Origin: a virus
Taxonomy: Duplodnaviria > Caudoviricetes
Strand: one strand, 5' to 3'
Virus record (IMG/VR): IMGVR_UViG_3300030329_004093
Coordinates: 1 to 58,106 of that record
Length of the DNA: 58,106 bases
In this document: in pieces, positions 1 through 9,801 of the stretch
Layout: each line of letters begins with the position of its first letter
How positions within the stretch are numbered: the stretch's first letter is position 1
Translations under genes and position numbers: made by a program
Notes under the pieces: generated by a model
Seen by the model: the letters and a program-made list of their open reading frames with translations, nothing else
Databases searched by the model: none
What the model was told of the DNA's origin: nothing

Positions 1-99
1 TGAACAATCTACTGTTTTAATTACTTCGTTAAACACATCTTGTAATCTCTTATCACAAGTTGCTAATTTCTCTTTACTTCTTTTGCCAAACTTTGCCAT
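1..99 (-). CDS. Endolysin, peptidase M15 (L-Ala-D-Glu peptidase-like), N-terminal part, truncated by window edge
   Basis: Manual translation MAKFGKRSKEKLATCDKRLQDVFNEVIKTVDCS with SD (GGAG) upstream; typical N-terminus of phage M15 endolysins. Confidence 0.8.
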   Translation of the reverse strand, partial: MAKFGKRSKEKLATCDKRLQDVFNEVIKTVDCS

Positions 100-116
100 T
101 GTTTCTCCCTTTTTAT

Positions 117-1967
117 TTAAAATTTAAAGTGAGGAGTATCGTCAGATATAGAGCCAGTTCCTCTTACTGTTCCAGATAAATTAACACCTATCATTGTATT
201 AGTATGATAATGAATACCTCCTCCTAAATATTCCATGCTTGTTGATTGCCCAGAACCATTTGAAAATGCTGTTATAACCAATCCAGCGGTACTAGTAGGT
301 TGAACTATTGTATCTATAGTAATTTCACCAGATTGATTGTCGTCATATATAGTAACTCCTCCAAAAGTAATTGTGTCATTAGATGTAGAGTTTTGAGTGA
401 CATTTAACCACAGTCTAACTCTATATGGATGTCCAATAGCAACTATTCCACCGTCAGCTCCATACCATCTATATCTACTTGCATTTAACGCAGGCGTATA
501 ATTATATCTACCACTTGGTTGAGTTGCACTTATCCACATATCATTCGTTAAAACTCCTGGACTTGTTTGCCCAGAACCATCTCTTACAAATTTTCTATCA
601 TATTCATTTGACCCGTCATCATAAGTCCATCCATTAGTTGCTGTGCTATAAGGAGAAGTGTCATGAGTAGGGTCAGTATTATCAGTATCAGAATTATAAT
701 AATTAAGCCTACTATGTATAGAATCTGAATGTGAATAATTATTTTTATTTTGGTTCCTCCATTCCGATGCTGTGCCAGCTAGTAGTCCATCACAGCTCAA
801 AGGGTTTAAACCTCCCGTTATGGAATAATTAGCCATTCCATACATATAATTTTGAGAATATATAAATCTTATTTCATTACTACCAATTTTATCGAAATCC
901 TTATTATTGGCTCCAGTTATCCATTTTCCTCCTTTTGACCAATTACCTGAATCAGTTTCAGTGTCAGGATAAAGCCATTGACCTTCGTTGTCTCCAAAAT
1001 AAAAAGTAGAATCAATTCCTGTAGTATTTCTATAACTTGGCCAACTAATCCCAGTTCCATGAGACAGATACCATACAGCATTTCTGTCAACATTCCTGTA
1101 AGAAGTGCCAGGGTAATATGCACTGATACCAAAATGACTTATAGAGCCATAAAAAAATTCGCTTGCAGTACTTCCATCCATTTTTGCACCAATATAACTT
1201 TCTGTTTTATTAGCATGAAGTATTTTAGTATGAATTGCAAAATCAGTATCATTCTTTACATGGTAATAATATGTCATAAGGGTTTCTTCATCATCGGTCC
1301 ATTCTGACAATGGTTTACTTGGAGTCCATCCATCCCAACCTCCTGCATATCTGAAAGCACTATTTTCATTGGGATGATAATAACAGTCTTCATGGCCATT
1401 CTCTACATCTTGATGTCTAAGCCATCCTAATAATTTATTTGTATAAGTATTCCAGCACAGATAAACAAAATGCCATACACCTTCATTAACTGTACCTTTA
1501 AACGTTAAAACATCATGAGCATATGTACCAGCGCTGCTATTATGACAACCAATAAGCAGTTTTAATTTATTGCCTCCATTTTCAAAATATAACTTAAATA
1601 CACCTGAATTTACGCCAGTTATATTAGACCCATTGTGATATAATACTTGGGTGGTTCCTGCGGTATTATTGTGGCTAGTTTTTTTAAACCAGAGAGCCAC
1701 TTTTTTATGATGACCTTTATACTGCATTGTAGAAGCATTGTAATAATTCCAATTATGTGCAGTACTAGAAGGTTGTACAGTCCAATCAGAAGGCTGTCCA
1801 TCATTACAATACCATCTTAACTCATTAAAGGTAGAATACATTTTACAATAATCTCCATCACCAGATAAATTTAAACTAGTAATAGGAGGGTCAGGGTCTG
1901 GTTGCATTTGCCAATCTTCTCCATAATGACTATTTGAATATGATAATATAGCAGTTTTAGAAAACAT
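117..1967 (-). CDS. Tail fibre/spike protein with N-terminal LamG/concanavalin A-like domain
   Basis: 616 aa; LamG-like motifs (VALWFK, GVWHFVYLCW, YIGAK...FFYGSISHFGI); Gly/Ser/Asn/Trp-rich; in structural operon. Confidence 0.65.
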   Translation of the reverse strand: MFSKTAILSYSNSHYGEDWQMQPDPDPPITSLNLSGDGDYCKMYSTFNELRWYCNDGQPSDWTVQPSSTAHNWNYYNASTMQYKGHHKKVALWFKKTSHNNTAGTTQVLYHNGSNITGVNSGVFKLYFENGGNKLKLLIGCHNSSAGTYAHDVLTFKGTVNEGVWHFVYLCWNTYTNKLLGWLRHQDVENGHEDCYYHPNENSAFRYAGGWDGWTPSKPLSEWTDDEETLMTYYYHVKNDTDFAIHTKILHANKTESYIGAKMDGSTASEFFYGSISHFGISAYYPGTSYRNVDRNAVWYLSHGTGISWPSYRNTTGIDSTFYFGDNEGQWLYPDTETDSGNWSKGGKWITGANNKDFDKIGSNEIRFIYSQNYMYGMANYSITGGLNPLSCDGLLAGTASEWRNQNKNNYSHSDSIHSRLNYYNSDTDNTDPTHDTSPYSTATNGWTYDDGSNEYDRKFVRDGSGQTSPGVLTNDMWISATQPSGRYNYTPALNASRYRWYGADGGIVAIGHPYRVRLWLNVTQNSTSNDTITFGGVTIYDDNQSGEITIDTIVQPTSTAGLVITAFSNGSGQSTSMEYLGGGIHYHTNTMIGVNLSGTVRGTGSISDDTPHFKF

Positions 1968-2518
1968 TAGTCTTTAATTACTCCAACTCTTATAGATAAA
2001 GTTGCTCCAGCATAACTATTTGTACTATTAGCCATAGCCCATACCCATAGACTTTTTGAATTAGGTTCAGCTTGAAGCATTAAACCACAATTAATTTTTT
2101 GTTGAATACATAATTTTCCCACATCAAAAGGACTAGTCATTTGAATTATTCCACATACACTTTCAGCATCAGCTCTTACAAAATTCGTCATACTACTAAC
2201 AGCGTCACTTAATTCTTCAGTATTATTACCATCTGGCATGTCACCTTTAGATTGAAATATTAGTGTTATTGGACCTTGAGCATTTGAACCATCTCCTGAA
2301 GCATCATCTGCATTATCAGTTGCTACAGTTATAACAGAATGCAATAATGCGGTTCCTCCATTTACTGATACACAATTTGGTATCTCAATTGGTAACATCA
2401 TTATATCGCCATCTGCATAATTAGCGTTATAAAGAGTGCCTTGTACTGTTATAATATCAGCATCCATTTTGTTTAGTTTTTCTTGGACTGTAAAGTCTTG
2501 TAATTTTGTTTCAGCCAC
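1967..2518 (-). CDS. Virion structural/adaptor protein, paralog of 4503..5042
   Basis: Shares QEKLNxMD, IxNxVxxxGGxALLHS, NCGxxL and GxIKD motifs with 4503..5042; TAATG overlap with downstream LamG gene. Confidence 0.6.
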   Translation of the reverse strand: MAETKLQDFTVQEKLNKMDADIITVQGTLYNANYADGDIMMLPIEIPNCVSVNGGTALLHSVITVATDNADDASGDGSNAQGPITLIFQSKGDMPDGNNTEELSDAVSSMTNFVRADAESVCGIIQMTSPFDVGKLCIQQKINCGLMLQAEPNSKSLWVWAMANSTNSYAGATLSIRVGVIKD

Positions 2519-2535
2519 TTTTTTTACCTCCTTTA

Positions 2536-4503
2536 TTAATTATAAATTCTTGAATCAGGTTTATCATAAGCCCAAGAATTAGCTCCTGGGGTCGATATAT
2601 CTAAATTATTACCATAAGCAACAGAGTTTGGAGCAGCAACACAATTAATAACTTGCATTCCATGATTACCTCCAGAATCTGCTCCTCTATGTATTAACAA
2701 TACATTATGTGTTCTTTTTAATCTCAAATTATTTATTTCACAATATTTTCCACTTGTGCTACTTGTTAACTGCAAAACAATAAAAGCTTTAGCACCAGGA
2801 GCTTTAAAATCATATAACAATGAATGTCTAATTCCTTTTCCAATGTTTGCTACTTTATGGTCTACACTAGCGTCGTATGCAGCTGAAGTATTAATACATG
2901 CATTTAAATTAGAGTTTCCTCCTACAATATCAAAAGTTAATTCATATATATGTCCAGCAGTAGTATCAAAATCTATAGATACAATCCCTTGAGAATTTGC
3001 TCCATTTTCTAATCTTGCTCTTTTAGAAACTATAGTAAAAGCAGCGCTAAGGTCTGCTGTAAATTTATTAGTACCTACTAAATTAAAAGCACTTGCAGTA
3101 TGACAATCTAATATCTTATCATCTGATGACAAAACATCATGTAATGCAGTCTTTTGATTAGAGCTTAAAAAAGAATCCATTTCATCTAAAACAGGTTGTC
3201 TAACATATGTATTTGAAAACGAATGTATATTTGTAGTCCCAGTTGTAATTTCTAATACTTCCTTTAATTTTGCTCCATATAAAGAAAAATAACTAGTATC
3301 AGCAGTTGGTTGTGTAGAAAAGGTTGGAGATGTATATATTATAAAAACAATTCCCATCATTGTATGTGCATATTCTTTATTTACACCAGTAGCTATATCT
3401 TGACTTAACTCTCCAGGAGTAGATGAGCCTAAAAGTCCTCCCAAAGCCCTATAATATAAATTACCAATCTCGTCCCAATTAGAACCATTGCCTTTATCAT
3501 TTACATCCCAAGCACTATTATCTATACCATTATACGTTATTTCATCTTCAAATAAATCATATTCAGCTGCCCAATGGCTTAGGTCAGGGCTACCAAAAGT
3601 TGAGTCATAAGTCCAATCCTTATAATGACTTCCTTTTTTACATCTATCAATAAATATACATCCATCCCCAACTTTTAAGCTATTAAAATCAAAGTCATCA
3701 TCTCCAAGAGGAAAAGAACATAATACATGCGGTTGGTTAGGATTAATAGAACTATCTAAATTACTAGCAAGATAACCTTCTCTAGCAGATGGTTCTTTAT
3801 GGTCTGAACTAGCTTTATAAACTCCAAAATCTCTTATTGTTATATTTGCAAAATCTTGAGGAGCTCCATTTCCATATTTTCTAGCTCCTATAAATTGTAA
3901 TTGAGATAATTCTTCGTTAGTTCCACCATTTTCAAAGTTAAAATCATATGTAGTAGTTTTATATCCAGCTTCCGACATTCTAGGTATACTACCTTCATTA
4001 GGTACAAAATTATTTTTAGAACTATCTGATTTTTGAGCAATCCAAGAATAAATTCTATCTCCACTGGATGCTTGACCACGTATACTTACTTGTAAAAAAT
4101 ACCAAATATTAGTTTGAATAGTTTCATTTTCAGGTTCAGGTATTAAAGTTGTTGTTTCACTACCTAAGCCATATCCTGTATCTATTTTTAAATTACCACT
4201 ACTATCTACATATATATTTAATTGATGTTCTGCTTGATGGCCAATAGAAAATATTGTGCTATCTCCACTTAGTGCATTAAATCTAATCCAGCAAGAAATA
4301 GTAAAAACTTCATCTATAGACCATCCTCCTGATTGTGCGCTTGAAAGATATTTAGGTATATTTTTATTACATACGGTAATATATTGGTCAACACCATCTA
4401 ATTTTACAGAACTCCTATTAATACCTTGATAATCACTTTCATAATAATTACTTATCTTAGAACCTGAACTAAAAACTTTTGTTTTATATTGAGATTTGAA
4501 CAT
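2536..4503 (-). CDS. Tail fibre/spike protein with LamG/concanavalin A-like domain
   Basis: 655 aa; LDGVDQYI, FTISCWIR, NIWYFL, FIGAR...ITIRDFGVY are LamG-3-like signatures. Confidence 0.7.
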   Translation of the reverse strand: MFKSQYKTKVFSSGSKISNYYESDYQGINRSSVKLDGVDQYITVCNKNIPKYLSSAQSGGWSIDEVFTISCWIRFNALSGDSTIFSIGHQAEHQLNIYVDSSGNLKIDTGYGLGSETTTLIPEPENETIQTNIWYFLQVSIRGQASSGDRIYSWIAQKSDSSKNNFVPNEGSIPRMSEAGYKTTTYDFNFENGGTNEELSQLQFIGARKYGNGAPQDFANITIRDFGVYKASSDHKEPSAREGYLASNLDSSINPNQPHVLCSFPLGDDDFDFNSLKVGDGCIFIDRCKKGSHYKDWTYDSTFGSPDLSHWAAEYDLFEDEITYNGIDNSAWDVNDKGNGSNWDEIGNLYYRALGGLLGSSTPGELSQDIATGVNKEYAHTMMGIVFIIYTSPTFSTQPTADTSYFSLYGAKLKEVLEITTGTTNIHSFSNTYVRQPVLDEMDSFLSSNQKTALHDVLSSDDKILDCHTASAFNLVGTNKFTADLSAAFTIVSKRARLENGANSQGIVSIDFDTTAGHIYELTFDIVGGNSNLNACINTSAAYDASVDHKVANIGKGIRHSLLYDFKAPGAKAFIVLQLTSSTSGKYCEINNLRLKRTHNVLLIHRGADSGGNHGMQVINCVAAPNSVAYGNNLDISTPGANSWAYDKPDSRIYN

Positions 4504-5042
4504 TAGTCTTTTATTAATCCTATTCTAAATTTAGATAAACTTAGACCATAATTATCAGAGGATAGTGCTATACCCCACATATATACATCTCTACTGCCAG
4601 ATTCAGCTTTTAAAACTATACCACAATTAGCCTTATGAGATAAAGCAACCCTACCTAAATCTATTATATTATTCATATGAACAACACCGCAAGTATTGCT
4701 AAGTACGTCAGAAGTAATTGAAGCTGTAAGTAGAGAAGAACCAAGACCTATACCTGTCCCATCAGAACTAGAGGTAAATACTAATGAATAAGGATTTTGA
4801 ATCAATGCAGCGTCACTTAAATTTTCATTTGTATTGGAAAAAGTTAAACCTACTATGGAATGTAATAGAGCGCTACCTCCTTCAATAGGCACAGCATTCT
4901 CTATTTTAATAGGGTCGTTCCACATAAAAGTATTTGCTGTCGCAGAATTTGTAGTTGCCCCGCTAGTTACAAGTATGGTATCAACATCCATACTATTTAA
5001 TTTTTCTTGCATTGTCCTTTTCTGCAAGTCAGTTTTTGCCAT
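4503..5042 (-). CDS. Virion structural/adaptor protein, paralog of 1967..2518
   Basis: Same motifs as 1967..2518; SD GGAGG upstream. Confidence 0.6.
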   Translation of the reverse strand: MAKTDLQKRTMQEKLNSMDVDTILVTSGATTNSATANTFMWNDPIKIENAVPIEGGSALLHSIVGLTFSNTNENLSDAALIQNPYSLVFTSSSDGTGIGLGSSLLTASITSDVLSNTCGVVHMNNIIDLGRVALSHKANCGIVLKAESGSRDVYMWGIALSSDNYGLSLSKFRIGLIKD

Positions 5043-5086
5043 ATTACCCTCCTATCCTAAGCACTGGCAGTGCGTGAATGGATTAG

Positions 5087-5494
5087 TTATCTTATTGCAT
5101 GAGAGCCAGGAGAAGTTATTCTTAAACCACTTATTCTTGAATTCTCCCATTTTTCTACCATTTTTCTAAATTCTCTCATTGCATATTCTTTTAATTTAAT
5201 TTCTCCTTCATCTTCAGCTAATTTAGCTTTTACATAATAAACTAAAGCTTTCTGAAGATAAACAGGTAAATCGAACTCATATGATTCATCTTCTATATCA
5301 CTATTTAAACTAATTGTATAAGTAATTTTTAAACCATCAGTTACAGATTCTTGTGGAGATTCCCAGGCACTTTTTACTACTCCAGGGCCATACTCTTTGC
5401 TAGCAACATTATTATTAAAACTAACGTTTTTTTGAACAATAGCAATTTTATTTCCTTCTAAGTAATAAGCATACTGTTTTACTGAATCTGCCAT
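5087..5494 (-). CDS. Putative head-tail connector/ring protein (C-terminal-like half)
   Basis: LPVYLQKALVYYVKAKL resembles the C-terminal helix of tail tubular/adaptor proteins; coupled to 5494..5775. Confidence 0.45.
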   Translation of the reverse strand: MADSVKQYAYYLEGNKIAIVQKNVSFNNNVASKEYGPGVVKSAWESPQESVTDGLKITYTISLNSDIEDESYEFDLPVYLQKALVYYVKAKLAEDEGEIKLKEYAMREFRKMVEKWENSRISGLRITSPGSHAIR

Positions 5495-5775
5495 TATACA
5501 TCATCCTCATCTTTAATTGGTGGCTTATGAATCATTCTAGGTATGGTTCTGTATTCATCTTTAGCATTTAAATGGTTTTTAGCTGTTATATCAAGCATTT
5601 GAACCATATCGTTTGGCATAGAATAAAATCTTTTATCTTTAACTATATCAATACTAGTAACTTCAGTACTGACTTCAGTAAGCATATTAATTTCTTCTAA
5701 ACCATCTTTTACATAAGCTATAGCTTTTCCAGTTTCAACCATACCTATTCTTTCCATGAGTTCTTTTAATTTCAT
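5494..5775 (-). CDS. Putative head-tail connector/ring protein (N-terminal-like half)
   Basis: MKLKELMERI...YSMPND resembles adaptor N-termini; TAATG overlap. Confidence 0.45.
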   Translation of the reverse strand: MKLKELMERIGMVETGKAIAYVKDGLEEINMLTEVSTEVTSIDIVKDKRFYSMPNDMVQMLDITAKNHLNAKDEYRTIPRMIHKPPIKDEDDV

Positions 5776-5777
5776 TC

Positions 5778-6071
5778 TTATGGTTTACCTTTCACAGGAA
5801 CCTTTCCAGCAACATTAGGCGAAGATATTTGCCCAGCCCCAGCTGGTTTACTTGGTTTACCCATTGATTTTGGTTTTTTACCTGTTTGTGCTTCAGTAGT
5901 TTGTCCTGGTCTACTGCCAGAACCTCTTTTACCAGTAGGTTTATCTAATTTACCTTTCATATCCTTACTGAATTTTGCCCAAGATGATGAAGCCTTAGCT
6001 TTACCACTACCACTTTTTCCTTTACCTTTCTTTTTGCTCCTTCTTCTTCTTTTTAAGCTTAATTTAGCCAT
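5778..6071 (-). CDS. Small Lys/Arg/Gly-rich basic protein
   Basis: KRRRRSKKKGKGK; SD AAGGAG upstream. Confidence 0.55.
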   Translation of the reverse strand: MAKLSLKRRRRSKKKGKGKSGSGKAKASSSWAKFSKDMKGKLDKPTGKRGSGSRPGQTTEAQTGKKPKSMGKPSKPAGAGQISSPNVAGKVPVKGKP

Positions 6072-6090
6072 TATTATACTCCTTTTATTG

Positions 6091-6435
6091 TTATTTTCCT
6101 TTATAAACTAATAATTTCATTCTATTTCCAGTATTTGCAGTAATGTTTACATAATTAAAACATCCCCAAAACATATCGCCAGGAAATAAGCTTGTAGAAC
6201 CTAAATCATCTCCATTCAAACTTTGAGCGGTAAAGGTAATTACATCACTAGCTTGAACAGTAGGTAAAGCACCTACAGCTTTAATTGCAACAAAAATATA
6301 TTCTCCACTTTTATTCCCAGATTCTCCTATACTTGCTGTTACAGTAAGTTGTTCTACTCCTAAACCTCCTATAGCAAGATTACCTGCTTCTTCACCACTA
6401 TAATGTCTCAATCCTTTATGTTTATGAATACCCAT
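6091..6435 (-). CDS. Small virion protein, paralog of 6438..6779
   Basis: Shared GLRxY..NxAxG, IKAVG, GD...LFPG..F..V.ITAN motifs. Confidence 0.55.
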   Translation of the reverse strand: MGIHKHKGLRHYSGEEAGNLAIGGLGVEQLTVTASIGESGNKSGEYIFVAIKAVGALPTVQASDVITFTAQSLNGDDLGSTSLFPGDMFWGCFNYVNITANTGNRMKLLVYKGK

Positions 6436-6437
6436 AA

Positions 6438-6779
6438 TTAACCCCTATAACATAAAATTTTTAAAGCATTTGTCGGAGCAGCTACAGTTCCAGCCCCATT
6501 AGCTGTTATTTGAACGCTACTAAATGGACCAAAAACTGAACCTCCAGGAAAAAGAACAGTAGTTATAGGTGTATCTCCTATTTTATTTATAGTAGTTACT
6601 TGAATATATGCAGTTGATACCAATGGATGTGTAACTATATTAGCAGCATCACCTACAGCTTTTATTAAAGTAAAATCACCTGTCTTTGTACTTGTACCTG
6701 TACATTCTACAAAACCAGCTTGCCCTAAAGCAACATTACTTATTACATCACCAGCATATTCTCTTAATCCAGAAAACAT
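6438..6779 (-). CDS. Small virion protein, paralog of 6091..6435
   Basis: Same motifs as 6091..6435; in late operon. Confidence 0.55.
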   Translation of the reverse strand: MFSGLREYAGDVISNVALGQAGFVECTGTSTKTGDFTLIKAVGDAANIVTHPLVSTAYIQVTTINKIGDTPITTVLFPGGSVFGPFSSVQITANGAGTVAAPTNALKILCYRG

Positions 6780-7267
6780 TAGCTACTTACTACTCCTATT
6801 ACGTCAGCGCTTATTATTTCAGCTCCTGCAGAAGAAGCTATTCCACCGCCTATATAATTTACGCTAGCACATCTTAAATCAGCTACAGTTACTCCATTTA
6901 ATTTTAAAACTAATATTTCTTTAGGACCAATAATTAAATTATTAGTATTAGCTCCTCCAGTACCATTATATAATGGATTATTTGAGCCAAAACTTAACAT
7001 TATACTTTCAGAAGTATTTTCTCCGCTAGAATTTTTACCAGTATGTTTTATGCAAATCCAACAAACTTGTTTGGCTGTAGTTAAATTAGTATTTAATTCT
7101 AAGTATTTATCAGATGTATTAAATAAAGTACTAGAATTGCCTATTGTTCCTTTTTTATAAACCCAAGCTTCATCCGAATTAATAACATAACTACAATTTC
7201 CTCCTAATTTTGTTTGTAATAAACCTGGTAAAACTTTTGCATTTGTACTTGATGTTGCATTTGCCAT
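6779..7267 (-). CDS. Putative virion structural protein
   Basis: Beta-rich composition; overlapping start/stop codons in structural operon. Confidence 0.5.
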   Translation of the reverse strand: MANATSSTNAKVLPGLLQTKLGGNCSYVINSDEAWVYKKGTIGNSSTLFNTSDKYLELNTNLTTAKQVCWICIKHTGKNSSGENTSESIMLSFGSNNPLYNGTGGANTNNLIIGPKEILVLKLNGVTVADLRCASVNYIGGGIASSAGAEIISADVIGVVSS

Positions 7268-8349
7268 TATTCTTCTTCCTCATATCTTTCTTGTTCTTGT
7301 GGTTTCATAGCCTTTGGAGGTCTTCCAGGGCCTGGTTTTTTAGGTTGACCTAACATTAATGTTATTCCATCAGTATATTCTTTCATAAAAAATGAATAGT
7401 TATCTATATACCATTTATATGAAGTAAACTTTTCTTGCAATTCTTGTGAATATTGAGATATTTCATATTGATATTTATATAAATGACTTCTATATTCAGT
7501 TATTTCTTTTTGTAATTTAGAATCTGAATTTTTACTTACAACTTCTAAAGCTGATTTGAATATCTCAGAATCTCTTTCATATTGTTTTTCTGCCTGCTCA
7601 TTATTATCTTTTTGTATCTCCAGCTCTTTAGTAACTATATTTTCTAATTTTTCTGCCATATCAAAATCTTCTTTATTAATAGCCAATTTCATATTTGCTA
7701 TCTCTCCACTTACATTTACTTCCTTAGGAAGATAAAACGGAACATCTGGTAAAGATATATCAGTTTTTGAAAAAGAAGGAGCAATTGGAGCTATAGGAAC
7801 TTCTGGCATATTTTTTTGTATATCAGAAGCTTTAGCTAAACATGTCATTGCAGCAGAATAATACATAATTAAATGAGTATATTCGCTTGGGAAATTATCA
7901 AAAGTACTATCAGAAGAAGAATCAACATCGCTGTCATAAAATAATTGTGTTATTTCAGCTGATTCAGCTAAAGATGGAATTGGAGATACATATATCTTAT
8001 TATCTAAAATATAAAATGCAGGATTATAAGCACTTCTATAATTAAAACTTTCTGGATTATTTACCTCACTTCTTAATATAGCTGGTATTTGAGTGGCGGG
8101 TCTATTATAGTTACGATAATTTCTAAGCACTCCAAGAATTTTACCATTTAAAGATAGACCGTTACCATCTTGAAGTAATGATGTTGTTGTAAATTTAACA
8201 GCATCATCTGGTCTTAAATTAGTAATTTTATTTACAGTGCATGTAATAGCATCTTTAATAATACTATCTAATTCAACTTTACTAGGACTCGTAGATGCCC
8301 CAATGGATATTTGAGTCATCCCCTCAATTTGTGCTTGAAATGTTGCCAT
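7267..8349 (-). CDS. Putative head-tail adaptor / tail tubular protein with coiled-coil extension
   Basis: PAFYILDNKIYVSPIP and FPSEYTHLIMYYSAA resemble podovirus/crAss-like ring proteins; C-terminal coiled coil. Confidence 0.55.
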   Translation of the reverse strand: MATFQAQIEGMTQISIGASTSPSKVELDSIIKDAITCTVNKITNLRPDDAVKFTTTSLLQDGNGLSLNGKILGVLRNYRNYNRPATQIPAILRSEVNNPESFNYRSAYNPAFYILDNKIYVSPIPSLAESAEITQLFYDSDVDSSSDSTFDNFPSEYTHLIMYYSAAMTCLAKASDIQKNMPEVPIAPIAPSFSKTDISLPDVPFYLPKEVNVSGEIANMKLAINKEDFDMAEKLENIVTKELEIQKDNNEQAEKQYERDSEIFKSALEVVSKNSDSKLQKEITEYRSHLYKYQYEISQYSQELQEKFTSYKWYIDNYSFFMKEYTDGITLMLGQPKKPGPGRPPKAMKPQEQERYEEEE

Positions 8350-8825
8350 TATACACTAGCTACAAATATCTCTAAATCAACACTTGCTGTATCAGCTTGA
8401 GCATAGACATTTGTTAAATCAGCTAATTGCCCAGAACTTGCAGCTCCAGCTGTATTTGCATCAAATGTATCTACTACTCCACCTGATAAATCAGCATTGT
8501 ATACAAACGATTGACCAAAATCTAGTTTTACAGCAAATTCATCATTGCTTTCATTTTTAAAGAATAAAACTACATGATTAGCATTATCTTTATTTGTAAT
8601 TCTAATATATCTTATATTAGCTTCCAAGAAACTTCCTCTATCTGTTCCTGATGCAATAGCAGCAAATAATTCGTTTCTATCGGTAGTGCATGTAACTATA
8701 TGTTTAAATACTTCGTTTACATTAGAAACAGTAAAACTATTTGAAGCACCTTGTTGTGAACCATTTAAATTTACACTTTCTGTGACCGTTACAGTCAAAT
8801 CGGCATTTGAAATTGTACTTGCCAT
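8349..8825 (-). CDS. Virion structural protein
   Basis: YIRITNKD..NHV motif, beta-rich, downstream of capsid genes; SD AAGGAG. Confidence 0.55.
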   Translation of the reverse strand: MASTISNADLTVTVTESVNLNGSQQGASNSFTVSNVNEVFKHIVTCTTDRNELFAAIASGTDRGSFLEANIRYIRITNKDNANHVVLFFKNESNDEFAVKLDFGQSFVYNADLSGGVVDTFDANTAGAASSGQLADLTNVYAQADTASVDLEIFVASV

Positions 8826-8852
8826 TTATTTAATCTCCTTTAATTTTAAGTT

Positions 8853-8901
8853 AGAGTCTACCCCCCTTTTTGGAGAAACAACCAAGAAGGAGGGCAAACT
8901 C
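8853..8901 (-). terminator. Intergenic stem-loop (possible terminator or processing site after capsid operon)
   Basis: Minus-strand GAGTTTGCCCTCCTTCTTGG...CCAAAAAGGGGGGTAGACTC forms an imperfect hairpin. Confidence 0.45.
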
Positions 8902-8909
8902 ATTGTTAT

Positions 8910-9236
8910 TTAAGCATTAATACCAACTGCGACCCAGCCACTAGTAGTACCATCATCTACCCATGTAAATAGGCAAGCTTTAGTATTAGCTATAGCTACG
9001 CTTGATAATCCTATCATTGTTGCAGGTGTAACTGTTTTGTTTCCACCTCCTCCAGAATTAACAATAAGCGCCATTTGGCCATTATAAGAACCGTCTGCTA
9101 ATGTCATAGCTTGAGCTCCACTTCCAGTACAAAGAGTTGTACCTTCAACAGAACACGCTCCAGCAGTAGCTTGAGATTTTACAACTTGCCAATGAGGATG
9201 TACAGCAGGCTTACTAACCTTTGCTAATATTGCCAT
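8910..9236 (-). CDS. Putative capsid decoration/auxiliary protein
   Basis: TLADGSYNGQ...GWV motif, small, downstream of MCP; SD GGAGG. Confidence 0.45.
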   Translation of the reverse strand: MAILAKVSKPAVHPHWQVVKSQATAGACSVEGTTLCTGSGAQAMTLADGSYNGQMALIVNSGGGGNKTVTPATMIGLSSVAIANTKACLFTWVDDGTTSGWVAVGINA

Positions 9237-9247
9237 TACCTACCTCC

Positions 9248-9790
9248 TTACGCATTAGTTGCTGATGTTTTAACGAAAGTACATATTACGTCAACTGTGC
9301 CAGTAGCAACTAAATCATTATTTAAAGGTGTGAACCTAAAATGAACGTCTCTAGCACCAGCACTATATAAGTCTCCTACTACAGGACTTGCTTCAGAAGT
9401 TGCTGTGCCAAGACCTACAAAAGCATTAGCACCTTGACCTAAACCACCTGAAATCACCTCATAAGCAGCACCAGCTGTTAATGAAACAGAAGCTCCATCA
9501 ATTAATGCTTTAGCAGCAAGGATTTGAGCACCACCAGCAGCAGTACCCATACTAAAATCCAGGTCATCAGAACCACCACTATCAGAAGTTATTACGCTTT
9601 GAGGAGAAATTATAACACTTCTCAAAGTAGTTCCTGCAGGTTGAGCAACAGTACCATCTGAATTAGCTGCTGCAGTAGCAGTAATAGCTTTTGAAGTCTT
9701 AACTACAGTTTTTTCAAGAATAACATGATTACTTTTAATACTATCAATAAGTCCATCAGCTTTATTTTGTCCATACATTGGATTTGCCAT
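9248..9790 (-). CDS. Putative auxiliary capsid protein
   Basis: MANPMYGQNKAD N-terminus, Ala/Gly/Thr-rich, immediately after MCP. Confidence 0.5.
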   Translation of the reverse strand: MANPMYGQNKADGLIDSIKSNHVILEKTVVKTSKAITATAAANSDGTVAQPAGTTLRSVIISPQSVITSDSGGSDDLDFSMGTAAGGAQILAAKALIDGASVSLTAGAAYEVISGGLGQGANAFVGLGTATSEASPVVGDLYSAGARDVHFRFTPLNNDLVATGTVDVICTFVKTSATNA

Positions 9791-9801
9791 AGTTTACCTC
9801 C

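Noticed and set aside
117-5042. Diversity-generating retroelement or invertible tail-fibre switch
   Set aside because: No reverse transcriptase, TR/VR pair, recombinase or flanking inverted repeats seen
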